Of a stretch of DNA of 64,000 nt, positions 35,655 through 49,975 are shown in pieces. Origin of the DNA: Zancudomyces culisetae HAW-14-8 (taxonomy: Eukaryota > Fungi > Kickxellomycota); NCBI GenBank assembly GCA_052426225.1, contig JBNJNM010000011.1, forward strand, positions 4,030,001 through 4,094,000. Direction: 5' to 3'. The translations under genes and the position numbers were made by a program. The notes below the pieces were generated by a model. It was not told the DNA's origin. It did not search any database and worked only from the letters and a program-made list of their open reading frames with translations. Within the stretch, counting starts at the first letter, position 1; every line of letters begins with the position of its first letter.

Positions 35655-38600
35655 TTATGGGTCGGCATTGTGCATCTTGTATACTCTTTGTAGGGCGACT
35701 CTGAATGGTTTTACATACTTTGAAGAGTGTAACTGATCTGCAATACTGCATATATCCAGGTACAGTTTATTAAACTCGCGTCTCTCCTTATCATTCAGAT
35801 AAATATCTTCAACCACACTGTTTTCCGGGGAAACAGCAATCGATGATTTGTTATCATCTTGATTATCTTTACACACAAAGTTTTTACTGACATTTGCATC
35901 ACAGTCACCGCGATTTTGTGATGTGACGGAGTCTGAGCCTGAAGAAAACCCGGAGTTCTCCCGATAATTTTTGCTACAACTTGTATACAACTCGGGTTGA
36001 TCTTTTTGTACTCCATTCTGGTTACTCCCCAGTCCATTCTTGCATTTTGTTTTGGGTCCTTTATCAGCAATAGTTTTAGAGCAGTCGTTATTGCTGTAAG
36101 TTCCCAGGTTTGATGGTGCTGATTCAATAGGTGCACGTTTGGCATTCACATCATCCTGAGGTTGAGAAGCTGGTGATGTTTTCGGTGCATTGCTTGAAAA
36201 TTGAGCTTTTGAACACGCTGGTGCACCTTTTGCAGGTTTGTCAATCGTATCCTCACCTGGAGGATTTGTTGAGCTTTGCTTGTTGATAGATACGCTGTTT
36301 GATTTATTTTCTAAAGGTAGGGTCAAGTCATTGGCTGTAGGATCGGCCAGGAGAGGAGCTTCGATGTTTAACTTTCCCCATGCAGCCTCAACATCATTTA
36401 AGACTATGGCGTTGCAAATATATCGTGATATCAACTCCACGCTTTCAAAAATACTTGGTCTTTTTCCGGCTATTGGATTATTAGTATTAGTGTTATATCT
36501 TTCAATCACTCTTTTGTGAAAGACATTAATAAAGTCTATCAGTTCCATCTTTAAATTTGTCATTTTTTCCAGGCTGTTTCTGAACCACCACGACTTTTCA
36601 AGCATACCAAGGTTCATATCATCCTTGCTGAGGAAATCCACTTTATCAATATCTCCGAAGACGTATCTTGCTGGAATTATAACTTTACAGGCCATATCAT
36701 AGTTTTCAGTATTTGTTGGACAAACTTGATTAGTTAGTTTGGATTTTGAGTCGAATAATAAACCCACAGCTTGTGGCTGATTACAAAAGGAGGTGGAAAA
36801 TGAACTATCATTTATGCAAGGGTTAGATGTGGGATCATTATTTTTACTCGTATCTGTTCCAACTCCGGCAACTGTATTATTATTAGGGTCTATCTCTTGA
36901 ATTTCGAACGGTTTGTACTTTCTTCTCAATTCCTCATTTGCCTTTATATCAGAAAGTATTCCATAGAAAATATTTTTCATCAAAGTCAGTCGTGGCAATG
37001 TTATAATAAAATCGGAATCCATATCCAAGAGCATATCTTTTGTAATTACTCCCTCATTTAGCGCATTTGTATATGACTCTGACATAGAAACCGCCAAAAT
37101 CAACAGATCTTCAAACTGCGGTTTTGGATTGCTATCAGTTCTCGACATCGTGGTGGAGATGTTTCTTTGAGGCCTGTTATTTAGAGCAGAAGTGGTGGTG
37201 TTTGTAGCTGCAGTCGAAGGCGGCCCAAAAATCTTTGAAATTATTTTGTTTCGCAGACCACTAGCTCCCATCGATACAGTACGATCACTAGTATTTGAAT
37301 TGTTCGATGAACCACCCCTTCGTGTTGCAAAAGCATCTCCATTTAGACTGGCAAAAAAATACTTGAGCGGCTCCAATCTTACATTATAATACCAAAACTG
37401 TAACTCTGTGTTAAAACAGACTAAACGCTCAAAATCCACCCATGCTTTATCGAAATCTACCTGCAATTCAACCATGTTTGCGGTTATACTTAAAAGATAG
37501 CTCGGATTCTTTGTTACTGGCTTCTGATTATCTACTATTATTTAGAATATCACTTTCACGTTAGGCATCAATTCACTTTCGTAAGGTGTTACAATCATTA
37601 CTGAGACTTGTAACATTGCAAATAAAGAATATTCATAAAGAAACCAACTTGCTGCGACTCTTACCTCTACCTCCTATGTCTTTATTTTCGTTTATGCTCT
37701 TATTAATACTTGAGTTTGAAGCATGTGCATGCGAGTTGGTATCGTTTTTCTTCTCTTTGAAAGTCAATTCCTCAAACACTTTATCCATAATCATAATTAT
37801 TTTTGTTCGCAAATCCCCAAGTTTAGCACACAGCCTCCTCGCCAAAACCTTTGCCTCGATATTTTGTAAGCTTTCATTGTTCTCTGACACCCCACTCGCC
37901 AAAATTTGAGCAGTGAATAGCAGCATTTCAGGATACTCATCGGATCTCAAACCAAGTACGTCGATATTGTTTATATAATCCTTAAATGCCCTGTTAGCTC
38001 GCTGGCTTAAAGGTATATTCCGCTCAAGCAGCTCGTATATCAATTTCAATATTTCAGTTTGATTTTTAGCTATTTTTTCGTATAGCTTGTACTGTCGTTG
38101 TCTTTTTATTTGTCTGCTGTTTTTTATCGCGGAAAAGACAGTGGAAGGTAGTGAATGCAGCTTATTAAGTGACCCATGAGCCTGGCCAGCCTGTATCTTG
38201 ATAAGCTTTTTTAGACTACATTCGAGCTCCTTCTCTATAAAGAAAATATTTGTAGATAAATTAGCTAAAATTACAATACAGCTAAATTCCTCATGATATT
38301 TTTACTATTGTGATCAACCACAAAGCAAGTTATATATACATAACAAAACTAAGTGACTTTGACTTTTGCAGATGAAAAAAAGACTTGCCTTCTATGTATA
38401 TTCGGCAGTATATTTGTAAGATGAGCGCGTTGTGACTCCTTAGTCCTAATATTTGCTGAATCAGTCTTCGCTCGTTTATCAAATTCAACTTCAAGCCAGG
38501 AAGATTGTGATCATCATGGTATGTGCTATCTTCATTGAATATTGAGCCATGCGAACTGTTTTTTTTATTTGTGGCGTTTATCTGCCTTTGGTTCAACTGG

Positions 38601-38833
38601 CCCCTTCCATTTTGAAACATCACCTCACTACCATTGGTATCCAAAGATCTTTCATTCATATACACTCTTTGGCTGCCTATATTCAATGACTGATCACTGA
38701 TTTCAATGATTATTCTGGTTTCTTCGTTTATCTCCAAATCATTTTGATGACCCACAGGAACAATAGGCGCATGGTTGTAGTCAGTGCTTAGCAAGTACAC
38801 AGGTGTACTGAGTTCTGTGTTGTTTTCCGCCAT
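35655..38833 (-). CDS. LST2/ZFYVE28-like protein lacking the FYVE finger; 3 exons, first intron GC-AG (38388-38235)
   Basis: EMLLFTAQILASG..LARRLCAKLGDLR, FDKAWVDFE, ALNEGVITKDMLLDMDSDFIITLPRL and KLYLDICSIADQLHS.Y...FRVALQRVY parallel the conserved LST2 helical blocks. Confidence 0.72.
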
Positions 38834-41448
38834 TTAAACACACGCAATTTCCAAATTTTAGCTATTATCTCTACCCAGATAGCGAAATAAATGTATTTCG
38901 GATACCCTATTTATTGATATAATTTGATAAATAACATCTCACTATTGACCGAGTAGTACGAATAAGTACGTATTTTTTTCGTTAAAAGTTATTTCGGTAT
39001 TTCAACACAAGATAATATAGTATAGCCATAGTCACAGTCACAGCCACAATCTTAATCACAACTGTCAGACACTGGACACCGAATACTGAATATTGAAGAC
39101 CGTATTACCTTGTACTATATACTTTGAGTTTGTTAGATATTTATGATAATAGCCCTAATTATCATATTAAGAGTTTATTTCACTTTTTTTTAGAAACCTT
39201 GGGTATTCATACCAGTTTTTTCACTACTCGTTATTATTCTTTCTTTGTGAAGTATATCAGATACTATGATATGTGACTATTTCGCTTGTTCTCTAATATA
39301 AATAAACATATATACTTTTGCTTATACCGCTACAGTTGGTATTAAAAAACATAAAAAAATTTTAGCTGAGATTTAAAGAGCTAGTTATATGGAACGTGTC
39401 GCTTAATATTAATGCTTAAAGATGATCTTCATATAAATGTTGTTGCAGAGTTGCACACTATTTTTCATATCCGCTCTAATTCTGGCACTCTAATGATAAT
39501 ATCTAGGTCCTACTCGCTATTGGTTTACATAAACACAAGCCCTGTTGGTTCCTAGTCTATTATTATGTTATTTGAAACAACGAATAATGGTGACCCGTTC
39601 TGCTCTTTACTGGAGATTTTATGCATCATTACTCCGAATATATGAGCTTTGCTATGAGCCGTTCGTAAACTTTGACTATGTTAATGCGATTTGAATACCA
39701 CAGAATTTTATAAAAAGAAAGGCGTCTGATTCACGCATAGTATTTATTAGTAATGTTTATGTTCTCTGCATTTACATAAACAGAAACTTTTTCTATTTTG
39801 ATATCCTGCATTATTATTGGTAAACCGCAGTTTGTGAGGTGGAAATTCAACAAAAAGATATTAATTTCCGCCAATATCCTATTTTATTACGAGTAAAGCT
39901 AAGGCATCCAGAACATACACCCAGCAAATGATTAGGTACTCTACTTCCTTCGTACCTATTCTTCGGAGTGCCAATGAGCGAAAAAACTGACTTGGCTAGC
40001 CAGTATTTTGCATGTGATTCGTGAGATGCACCTATGTACATCAATATCAATTCACTACCCTCTGAACTAGTGATACTAGGCTAGGCTGCAGAGCCTGTTC
40101 TGTCTATAAAAGCTAAAATACTTACTAGCATTAATCATGCTAATATGGTGAATAAAAAAATGATATTCACAAACTCAAGGACTATGCGTTCAGCGCCTGG
40201 AGTGTGAAAAAAACATATTGCTCAGAAATACCACCACAGTCATTTTTTATATACCAAGAGCTGTTGGTTTAGTCTCTGAAAAAAAAGACGTATTAGCTAC
40301 GTTCTAGGCTGTCCTCAAAAACTTATTTTTTTACAGCATCGATTTATTTACGATTAGCACCAGCTAAACATTACTTCAGGTCTAACCATTAAAGTTTAAT
40401 CGTTGGCTTGGATGAGCTCCTTTCGCAAGGAACATTGAAAAAAATAAACCAAGTATTCATAGACTTCAAACTAGCATATTTCACAAGTGCGATGCAAGCA
40501 AAATATCCAGCACCAAGCATTCAATGGATAAGCAGTTGTCTGTTGTTCTGATGACAGGTTCGTGCACATTTTTTGCCCTTTGAGTACTTGTAATTTTTAT
40601 AATTTTTATAATTTTTATTATTTCACCAGAACATCTTGCAAAAAACCTCACTCTAAAAATAATAACTAAAAACACTTTCGAAATGATAACTACACAATTA
40701 TCTATATGGTTGGTATGTGTTATTTACCTGTTTATACTCTTTTTTTAAAAAAAAACAAAAAAAACGACTTTTCGTTTTTGGAAACGGGCTGTTTGCATCC
40801 GTCCCATATTGCAGTAAAACACTGTATAAATTGGAAACCATCTGCCTAAAATGTACCATTTTGACATCTAACCAATATGTACAGGGGATTCTGTACCCAT
40901 TTGTGGTTTGGTTGAAAACGTGGTAAAATGTAGACCTTTGGATCGGATCGCTTACCTTTAAACAAGTCTAACATATTGGTGTGAACTCAGAGTCCACAGT
41001 TTAGTTTAAACATATTTGAACAAAAGTATATCAAAATGGCTGAGAATAACTCACAATAAAGAACAGAGAATGCCGATATACTTTTGTTAGTAGGGTACTT
41101 GTGTATCGTCTTATAATTATTTAGTAGATGGTTTTACTAAGTGCAGAAAAAAAAAGACATTGAAAGTGTGAGTGAAAATGAGGTGATGAAGGGACAAACT
41201 AGCGGAATGATAATGCTCTCATTTGCTTTGCCGTCACGTGCATTTTTTAAAATTGTGCGCAAATATCCGCAATAAAACTAACTATAGAAATTGGTGCGAG
41301 AAACAAGAATTGAATGGGAAAATGGATATTAAAGCGCAAAGTACTAAAAATATTCTGAATAAAGTTGTTTAACTATGAACACCAAAATACATACATGCAA
41401 CATAACAAATAAAAACAAATGAGTAAATGTCGAATTGAATTGTAGAAT

Positions 41449-44400
41449 ATGGGACAACAAATATCTCACGCTTTGGTTGCGGCCACAGATATTCAAAACC
41501 GAGTTGGAACAAACGTAGAGACCTTGGGAGAGAAGTTGGGCGGAATACTGCAGTATGAAAAAGGGTAAATTGCGCTTTTAGGAAAACTGAGTAGTGCTCA
41601 TATTCATGCTTATACATATCTCCACACTTTTGCTTACAATTAAAATATTACAAAATAGGCTTGGGAGTACTAGATTTACAAAAACAATAAGGTACAAACA
41701 CAGTGTTGAGGGTCCAATCGTGGTCAAGATCTTTAAAGTGCCTGATGAAGTGGAAATTGAAACCGACAAGTATATTGACGGAATTAATAGTAAAGCAACT
41801 TTATTAAAAATCTTCCGTAGTATAAATACAAGAAATATGTATTATGAAAGGTGGTAAATTGAGCCAAAAAATGTGTAAAAAATAATAGAGCAACACGAGA
41901 TTCTGGGGAGGGCAGATGGTGTAATTAGCTATGTAACAGCATTTAGAGTTGACAAATGTGTATACTTGGTCAGACAATATCTCAGGCACAATTTATACGA
42001 TCGGATAAGTAGAAGGCCGTTTTTGAACGATATAGATAAAATATGGATTACATTCCAACTACTTGTTGGATTGCAAGGCCTACACAATCGAGGAGTAAGT
42101 ATATGCTTTTTTTCAGTATACCGATCAATGTAAATGGGATTAGCGATTAAAACTAAGCAGCCGTTGGATAAATATTTTAGATTATTCATGGCGATATCAA
42201 AATCGAAAATGTAGTATTGACGAGTTGGGAATGGGTTTATTTTACAGATATTGGAAGTTTTAAGCCAATATATTTACCAGACGATGATCCTGCAAATTTT
42301 ACATTCTTTTTTGATCTTTCTGGAAGAAGAACATGTTATGTGGCACCAGAAAGGTTCGTTAATGCCAAAACTGAGCAAAAAAAGTTGCTGGATAGGAATA
42401 CTCACCAACTGGAGAAGAGTATGGATATATTCTCACTCGGCTGTGTGATAGCCGAGCTTTTTATTGAAAATACAGGATTGTTCAAGTTGTCGCAGCTTCT
42501 TAAATACAAAAAAGGCGAATACGACCCGACTGAAACGTTGGCCAAAGTAAAAAACGTACAAGTACGAGCATTGATAGAGGAGATGATTCAACGAGAACCA
42601 GGTAAACGGAGAACAGCAAAGCAATACCTGGAAAAATACAAGGGAAAGTTATTTCCAGTGCATTTGTACGAGAATCTCTATAAGAATATGTCCAAAATCG
42701 GAAACATACTTCCTCAACAGAAAAAAGGAAAGACAGACGTGGAATATTTAAAGGTTCAAGACCTAGGGGAAAGCATTGTGGCAATAAACGATCTGGAGTT
42801 TAACGAAATAGTAACAGAGGAAAAAATAAAAACAGTTAGTGATTGGAGAATTGCACAGTTACAGGACTGTTGGTGTGAGATTATAATGAATACGACAAAA
42901 ATATCGAGCCAGGTTCTGTTGAATTTTATATTTAGCAATCTAGAAGTTAATAGCTTTGCAACCAGCAAGAGAATAGCGCTCCTAAAGATTCAAGAATTGA
43001 GGGTACATGTGGATGACGAAGTGGTGATGGATCGAATAGTTCCAAATGTTGTCCCATTGCTTGAGGACGAAGAGCCTGCGATCCGAGGTCTGGCTATTGA
43101 GGTCCTATCGCGAGCAATGGAGGATGTAATTACATTCAAATCGATAGATAAGAATATCTTTGAAGATGTGTTCATTCCAAGAATTAAAAAGCTATGCTAT
43201 GATAAAGAGGAGATTGTGAGAATATCGGTGGGAAAACAGCTGGTTAGGTTAGCAGAGATTGCAGAAAGAATTACATTTAGCTTTATTAGCAGGGAGGACG
43301 AGTGGGATAAATACCGTGATGCAAAAAGAAACTTGGCAGAGATGTTTGTTGAGTCGACAAGCGTCCTGCTTAGCGATAGTTCGTCAGAGGTGAAAAGTGC
43401 AATACTGGACGATATTGAAAATTTGGTACTATTTTTCTCGCGAAACTCCACTGCAAAAAAGGAATCCAGTGGTATAGATTTTATCATTGGTCATCTGATA
43501 ACATTTTTGAATAGCAGAGATAGCTGGCAGTTAAAGGTTAGATTTTTAGAAAGTTTACATCAACCAATGGCGCTGTTTGGGGGTAAATATGCTGTAGAGG
43601 AATATATAGTTCCGCTAATAATGACAGCCGTTGAAGATCCAGAGGAGTTTGTGATAGCAGCGGCGTTGTATGCATTCGAAAAGCTCAACTACATGGGGAT
43701 GGTAGGACAAAAAAGCATGATGAGCATCGTTGACAAATGCAAACCGTTGCTTATTCATCCAAATACAATTTTATCCGGGCACTCAAAAAAGTTGATACAG
43801 TCAGCAGTAAAAAAACATGGTGAAAAGTGGTTTATGATTTATAACAAGCTCTATCGCGACAACCTGATCAACTATCTTCCTTTTAAACCGCTGAATGCGG
43901 AGGAATTTGAGCTAGTGTTGGCAGAAAAACTAACAAAGAAGCAATATTACTATGGTCTTTCGGAACCGGGTGATGAGCTATCTCTTCTTAAGGGGTTTAG
44001 GCGCTCCAAACAGCGGATACTGGAGAGTGCAGCCGAGCGACTTGAGCCTACCTTATGCGCCAGAGAGCTAGGACTGACTCTGCATACAATGTTTATAACA
44101 CAACAGGACATTGAAGGATATGACTCAGACACAGATTATAGTAGTAACGAGAGTAATTGTGGGGACGTGGATGGAAGTGAGAATGAGAATTGTACTGGAA
44201 ATGAGAGTGACAGTAATAGTGATCTTAGTATTGGGATCCGTGATAGGAGTTATATCAGGGAAAGTAGTATGGGAAAATCACAAAGTGGTTTAGCGACTGG
44301 CGGACAGTTTACAACAAAATCAGGCCCCCATACACTGACTCCACAAGAACCAAGCTTTGGTATGTCTTATTCTGATGGTATGGCGCAAAGACTGGATGCG

Positions 44401-46473
44401 GTGGGGACGCCCATTGGAATGTCACCAGGATACCAAGGGAACAAACAGTCGCCGACAGTACAGCTAAGTAGCAAAACAGCTTCAGCAATATTCTCCAAAC
44501 CGCATGCCATCCACAAGATGGATGGTGGGCCTGAACATGCCTCGAATAGTACTCCTGATAGGTTTAATAGTTCTGAGCAGTTTTTTCCTAATAGAAAGAA
44601 AGAGCGTGCTAACTCCAAAGCTGAAATTGACTGCGTCAAGATAGGCAAGTATGATCATAAGCACACCATTTTGAAGTTGGTTCGAAGGAAGGCGGTACAA
44701 ATACCCAAAACAGGTGACTCGGCATTTTCAGAGCAGATGTTTGGAACTGGCGAAGGGATGAACATTGGTATGGGCGTTGGTGTTGGCGCTGGTGCTGGTG
44801 TTGGTGTTGGCACTGGAGTGAGCGCGGGTTCGGGCTCGGGTTTGGGTTCAGGTTCAGGTTCAGGTTCGGGCTTGGGCTTAGGTTCGGGTTTGGGTTCGGG
44901 CTTGGGTCTAAGCTCAGGTCATACAGAAAAAAAATCACAACAACTGCTATTGATTTCCAATCTATTAGAGCATCGACAAAAGATAATCTCGTTTGACTAC
45001 TGTGGTAAGAAAAATATTATTTTTTGCTCCTTAAGTGATGATGGAGGGATCAAGCTGTGGAGCCTGGATACGTTTTTAACAAACATTATGCATAAATCTA
45101 TCACAACTATCAATACGAGCGGTAAAAAAACAGTAGCAAAGTTTTTGAACAACCAAGAAATGCTAATCTGCAGCGATAATGGACTTATTAAAAGATACAG
45201 TATCTTTGAAAAGAAAACAACACTTGAATATTTACTTTCAAATGGATATGCGACTCATTTATGTGTATTAAACCAGCACTGTATTTTGGTCGCAACTGAC
45301 ACAAACTGTCTTTTAAAATTCAAGCTGCTTAGGTCCAAGTTCATTGTTAAGGATAAGATCAAACTGAATATCAGCGGCGGAAAAATTGCTGCCCTTTCTA
45401 TATGCAAAACAACTAACAACAAATATGGGAAATTTGCACTTGTTTCTCTGAAAAACGATACGGCTCCTGGAAAAGTCTATCTGATTGATCTGCGGTTTTT
45501 TATAGTCGTGAAAGAACTGACATTTATCCCAGATTGGCTGGATGTTTTTCAGGTAGATAGTATGGAAATCTTTGCCGACCATTTTTTGTTGATGAGCTGT
45601 AAAATTACTGGGCTTGTGGTTTTGTACAATCTGAAAACCGACAAAATTGTTGGTGTTTTTTCGTTCTTGAACTATGTTCAAACGATTGAGGTAATAAAAA
45701 ACTCGACAACCAATCTACAAACACAATCTCGGGCCCAATCTCCAGGACCGAGACAAAACCAAAATAAACACCAAAACCAACACCGATACCAATACCAGAA
45801 ACAGAACCAGAGCCAAAAGCAGCAGTATCAATATCCACATTTGTCAGGCAGCATTTATGGGGTTGGCAGTGATGGGTATTTTCTAGTGACCAGTAACTAC
45901 TATGGATTATTACTTTGGAACTTTAAGACACTGAGCTGTTTACAATTCTTTCCATCATCAACCACGCCAACAAACGTCTCTTCTCCTTTAATATACGGTC
46001 AATCGTCAACCAAGCTGGCAGTTTTATCGCAAACATTTAATGGAATCGATTTTCACTGTGTCGAAAATATTACACTAACAGGAACTTTAGTCAAACACAA
46101 TAACATCCTATTCCCAACTATCCATGCTCACGAAAATAATCAAAACAAGCCAGTTGGATCCAGTAGCGGTGGTGACCAAAACTATTACAACCTTAGATCT
46201 TTGATAAGTTCTGTAAAAATTATTCCTCTGAATGAGGGCTTTGGGGCATTGTTTCCGAATTCTGTGTATGGTAGTAGCAATTACAATACCACTGGCCATT
46301 CTCGCAGCAATAGCTCCTATAGCAACAAAAACGTTAACGATAGTTATAACAACGGTGGTCTTAGTGGCACTTCTGGCTCTCATAATTTTGTACAAAGCAC
46401 CATTTTGGAGAAATTTAGTTTTGTTTTGCTATTAGGCTACTTTAATGGAGTTATTGACGTATTTCTATTTTAG
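41449..46473 (+). CDS. VPS15: Vps15/PIK3R4 kinase-HEAT-WD40 regulator of Vps34; three 5' introns
   Basis: MG start, LGSTRFTKT, YLVRQYLRHNLYDRISRRPFL, HGDIKIEN, FFFDLSGRRTCYVAPERF, MDIFSLGCVIAELF, HEAT repeats, then WD region (SDDGGIKLW). Confidence 0.95.
44767..44919 (+). repeat. Coding hexamer repeat giving a (Gly-X)n tract in Vps15
   Basis: GGTGTT/GGTGCT/GGTTCA/GGCTTG units encode GMGVGVGAGAGVGVGTG...GSGSGSGSGLGLGSG. Confidence 0.9.
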
Positions 46474-46852
46474 CTGTGTTTTGTATTCTGCCTTTTTTTC
46501 TTACCTTTTTTTTTTTAGTAGTCTCCACATAGTATTAATGGTTTTGGTTCACTTCACTGAGTTGAGTTGAGCCCTGTAATTATGTTGAAGGTACTAAGTC
46601 TGCGCATATCAAAACCGTTACACCAACCAATCGCTAATAATATTATTTGTAGACTTGTTATTGTTTCAAAAATATAACCAGATATTCATATATTGCACAA
46701 AGTTCCTGCCATCCAGAAAAAACGCAGGTCGTTAAATAAATACCAACTAAATACATCAACAAAACAGTCAAAAAATAAAAATAAACACTTTACAGAAGAT
46801 TAAAGTTGAAAAACAAGAAAAAAAATAAACAAGAAGAGTAAAAAGAGTGGGA

Positions 46853-47524
46853 TTATGCGCTATTGATACCATTCTGCTTAATATACTCAATAAGCCCATT
46901 AATACTGATATATTTGAGTCCGTGCTCTTTAGCAAACTTGTAGCTCTGTGGCCTTCTCATGCAACTACCGTCGGTATAGTTGTTAACCAACTCGCAAAGA
47001 ACACCCGCAGGATAAAGGCCTGCCAACCTGGCCAAATCGTAGGCGGCTTCCGTGTGACCGTTTCTTCCGAGTACTCCCATATCGTTTGGAAGGAGAGGAA
47101 TTACATGCCCTGGTCTGCGGAATTGCGTCATATCTTCACTTTCGTCGGCCAATTTAGCTAGGGTCAATGCCCGATCCTGTGCGCTTATTCCAGTGCTGGT
47201 GGCGATGTGGTCCACAGGCAATGTGTACGATGTTCGGTTTGGATCGGAACTCTTTTCTCTGGGGACCAACAATGGGAGTTGCAGATCATCCAATCGTGAC
47301 GGTTTTACAGCACAGCAGACATACCCACTTGTGTGTCTAACCGTAAATGCCAGCAATTCTGGTGTTGATTTTTCTGCAGCAAAAATCAAATCAGCTTCGT
47401 TTTCCCGGTCTTCATTATCTACTACTACTACAGCTTTACCCAATTTTATGTCCGCAATTGCTGAATCCACGCTATCGAATACCACTTTCTCGACACAGTC
47501 GCCTTTGTTCTCAGAAGCTCCCAT
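46853..47524 (-). CDS. RIB3: 3,4-dihydroxy-2-butanone-4-phosphate synthase
   Basis: VVVDNEDRENEADL, TGISAQDRALT, FRRPGHVIPL, GVLGRNGHTEA, GVLCELV. Confidence 0.96.
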   Translation of the reverse strand: MGASENKGDCVEKVVFDSVDSAIADIKLGKAVVVVDNEDRENEADLIFAAEKSTPELLAFTVRHTSGYVCCAVKPSRLDDLQLPLLVPREKSSDPNRTSYTLPVDHIATSTGISAQDRALTLAKLADESEDMTQFRRPGHVIPLLPNDMGVLGRNGHTEAAYDLARLAGLYPAGVLCELVNNYTDGSCMRRPQSYKFAKEHGLKYISINGLIEYIKQNGINSA

Positions 47525-49975
47525 TTTTTTTACAGTTTCGGTTTTGCGTTGCTTCTGTATCTACTCTTTCCAGCCTTCAATTATACGACTTATATTGTAG
47601 TCTTTGTTGTCTATTGCACTTGTGGCAATTTATTTTCTAAGGGCAAAAAAAAATCAAAATAATGTGTTTTAAAATGGGATTATGGATGTTTTTAAAGCTA
47701 AATCGTGAGCTTGTGGGAATTGGAAATGTAAAAAACTAGATTTTGCGGTTTACAAAAAAAAAAGCTGTTAGCCAACCATTAGATTAGATTCCCGAAATCT
47801 CATTTGTTTATATGAAGTTTAAAATGCCACAACTTACGATTTTACTAAGGACGTTCGGGTTTAGTCCCTTTGCTTTTTTTTTTAGTTTGCTTGATTACTA
47901 ATCTCAATGATAGTAGTTGAAGACGACCCAATTTTATGGTAGGGTTGGGGAGAACTAAACAAAAGTTGATTGTTTAATCTTTTTTTAAATGTTAAGTGAA
48001 GAAAAGAAAAGAAAAGAAAGGGAAAGAAGCGGATTCCGCGTGCTTTAATACTTTTCGTTTGGAACGTTATTCCCTTAGTTAAACACCTTTTTTTCTCTTT
48101 CCCTACTCCATCACACTTCCCTCCAAGAAAAAAAAATAGGAAAAGCTTATGAAGTTATAAACGTATTTAAAAGCCACAGAACTAGCTGTAGCAAGGCTTT
48201 TCTGGTGTTTGAAATGCTCATTTCGGCAGGGTGCTGCATGTTAACGTGAAAGTATTGCTGTTGCTAATTTACCCATTTAGCCAAATAAAGCTGAATGTGA
48301 AAAAACACTCCAAAAAATTTTTCTTTTGAAAAATCGAAGGAAAAGCAGATAACTGCACGAGCCCTCTAAAAATTATCTGCTCACACCTTTTATGGAAAAA
48401 AAAAGTATTTCCAGGGTGCAAAATGTGCTAATACATATTACACCAAGAAAGATAAGTGCAGAAAACGAAAAACACAAACAGTTTTTTTCTATATTTCCCA
48501 TTTATTTCCAGCTTGCATTCGCTTAACAGCACCTATATCCAATTATCAAACGGCTATGCATGTTGGTAATTACATTCTATAAATCGAATTCTTTATACAA
48601 GTCAAGTCCTATCATGCAACGGCAATTCCGTTACAATTGTATCTTAAAGCTAAAGCTAACAGATATTATATGATAGAGGTAATTGGAAGTGCAAAGTTTA
48701 CACCATATCTTTTTTAGTCTCATTAAATTGTAATATTGCATCTGAAAATTGCAAAAACCCCTTTTTAACAATAAACGCTTAATGCATACTTGAAGTGTGT
48801 TCTTAGTTATATTCCTTTTTTTTCCCCCAGTGTAGAACATATCTGCAAAAAAACGATACTTGGATTCATGCAAGATATTTGTTCCTCCCTTCATTTGCCT
48901 TTCTTGCATCCCCTCCTAATACATGTTTGGTTGAAATTGTGTATTTCCTGATTTTCGTTTCCCAGTGTATTGTTTAAAGGGTTTCACATCCTATACCCTG
49001 CTTATCCATTGTATTCGCAATACGTATACCCCAATAGACTTGACAAAAAAAAAGGGTTTAGATAGTGTATTTTGGATTTTCCTCTGATTTGTGTACTGTA
49101 TGCGTCTACAGTCGCCAGAAAGAAAGCTAAATAAGAACCAGTAAATGTCACAATCAAAGCTGATAGAATAATAAAACACAGAACAGCTTAGCTTCTATTA
49201 CTCTGTTAATAAAGTATAGTTTAATGACTTTAGAAACATGACTCTTAATGTTTTAATATTCCCACAGTTGACCATCCCTAAATACAGTTGAATCTCCTTA
49301 GAATACTACCAATTCCACATTTTACAATGGCAACGATGTAAATGTTTAGCTACAGTTATTTCAATGAAAACCCATTAGTTTTGCATCAGTATCATAGAAT
49401 GGATTTATGACCAAGTAAATAAAATAAAACCTTTGTATTAACACGCCACTACAATAAAGTGAAATGTGTGTATTTGCTTACTTTACTAGGCTATGTGGCT
49501 TTTTCCGGTTTTGGAATGTTATATATATAATCATTTTCACCAAAACCTGCTTATGGTAGGTAGAAATAGGCTTTTCTATGGTTAGCATTGAGGTAAAATG
49601 TGGGCTGATGAGGGTTAAATGGCAAAAGAATACTACTAGCCTTGCGACATCAAAAGTAATCAAATAAACATTCTTCTCCATCAAACACAGGAAAAGCAAA
49701 GTGTCTCATTGGTGTGGCAATTTTTGTAGAAAGCTGATAAAATTAACAACAAATAATCGCTTCGAATATGCAAACTTGGTATTGGTATTGGTATTGGTAT
49801 CTGGAATAATCGTATTTATAGCAGTGTGTGTTATATCTGGTACACAATATCAAATGTTCCTATAGTAATGAGCTGATAAACTTTTATGTGTCTTTTTTTT
49901 ATCATCAAGTGTGATTTTGTAAGAAATAGCAGCGAGGAAGTAAAAAAGATAGAAAGTTTCTAAGCCATCGATAAC

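Noticed and set aside
39500-41400. Short ORFs or a decayed transposon in the LST2-VPS15 spacer (also 47600-52500)
   Set aside because: No recognisable domain, no consistent splice model and no second copy in the window.
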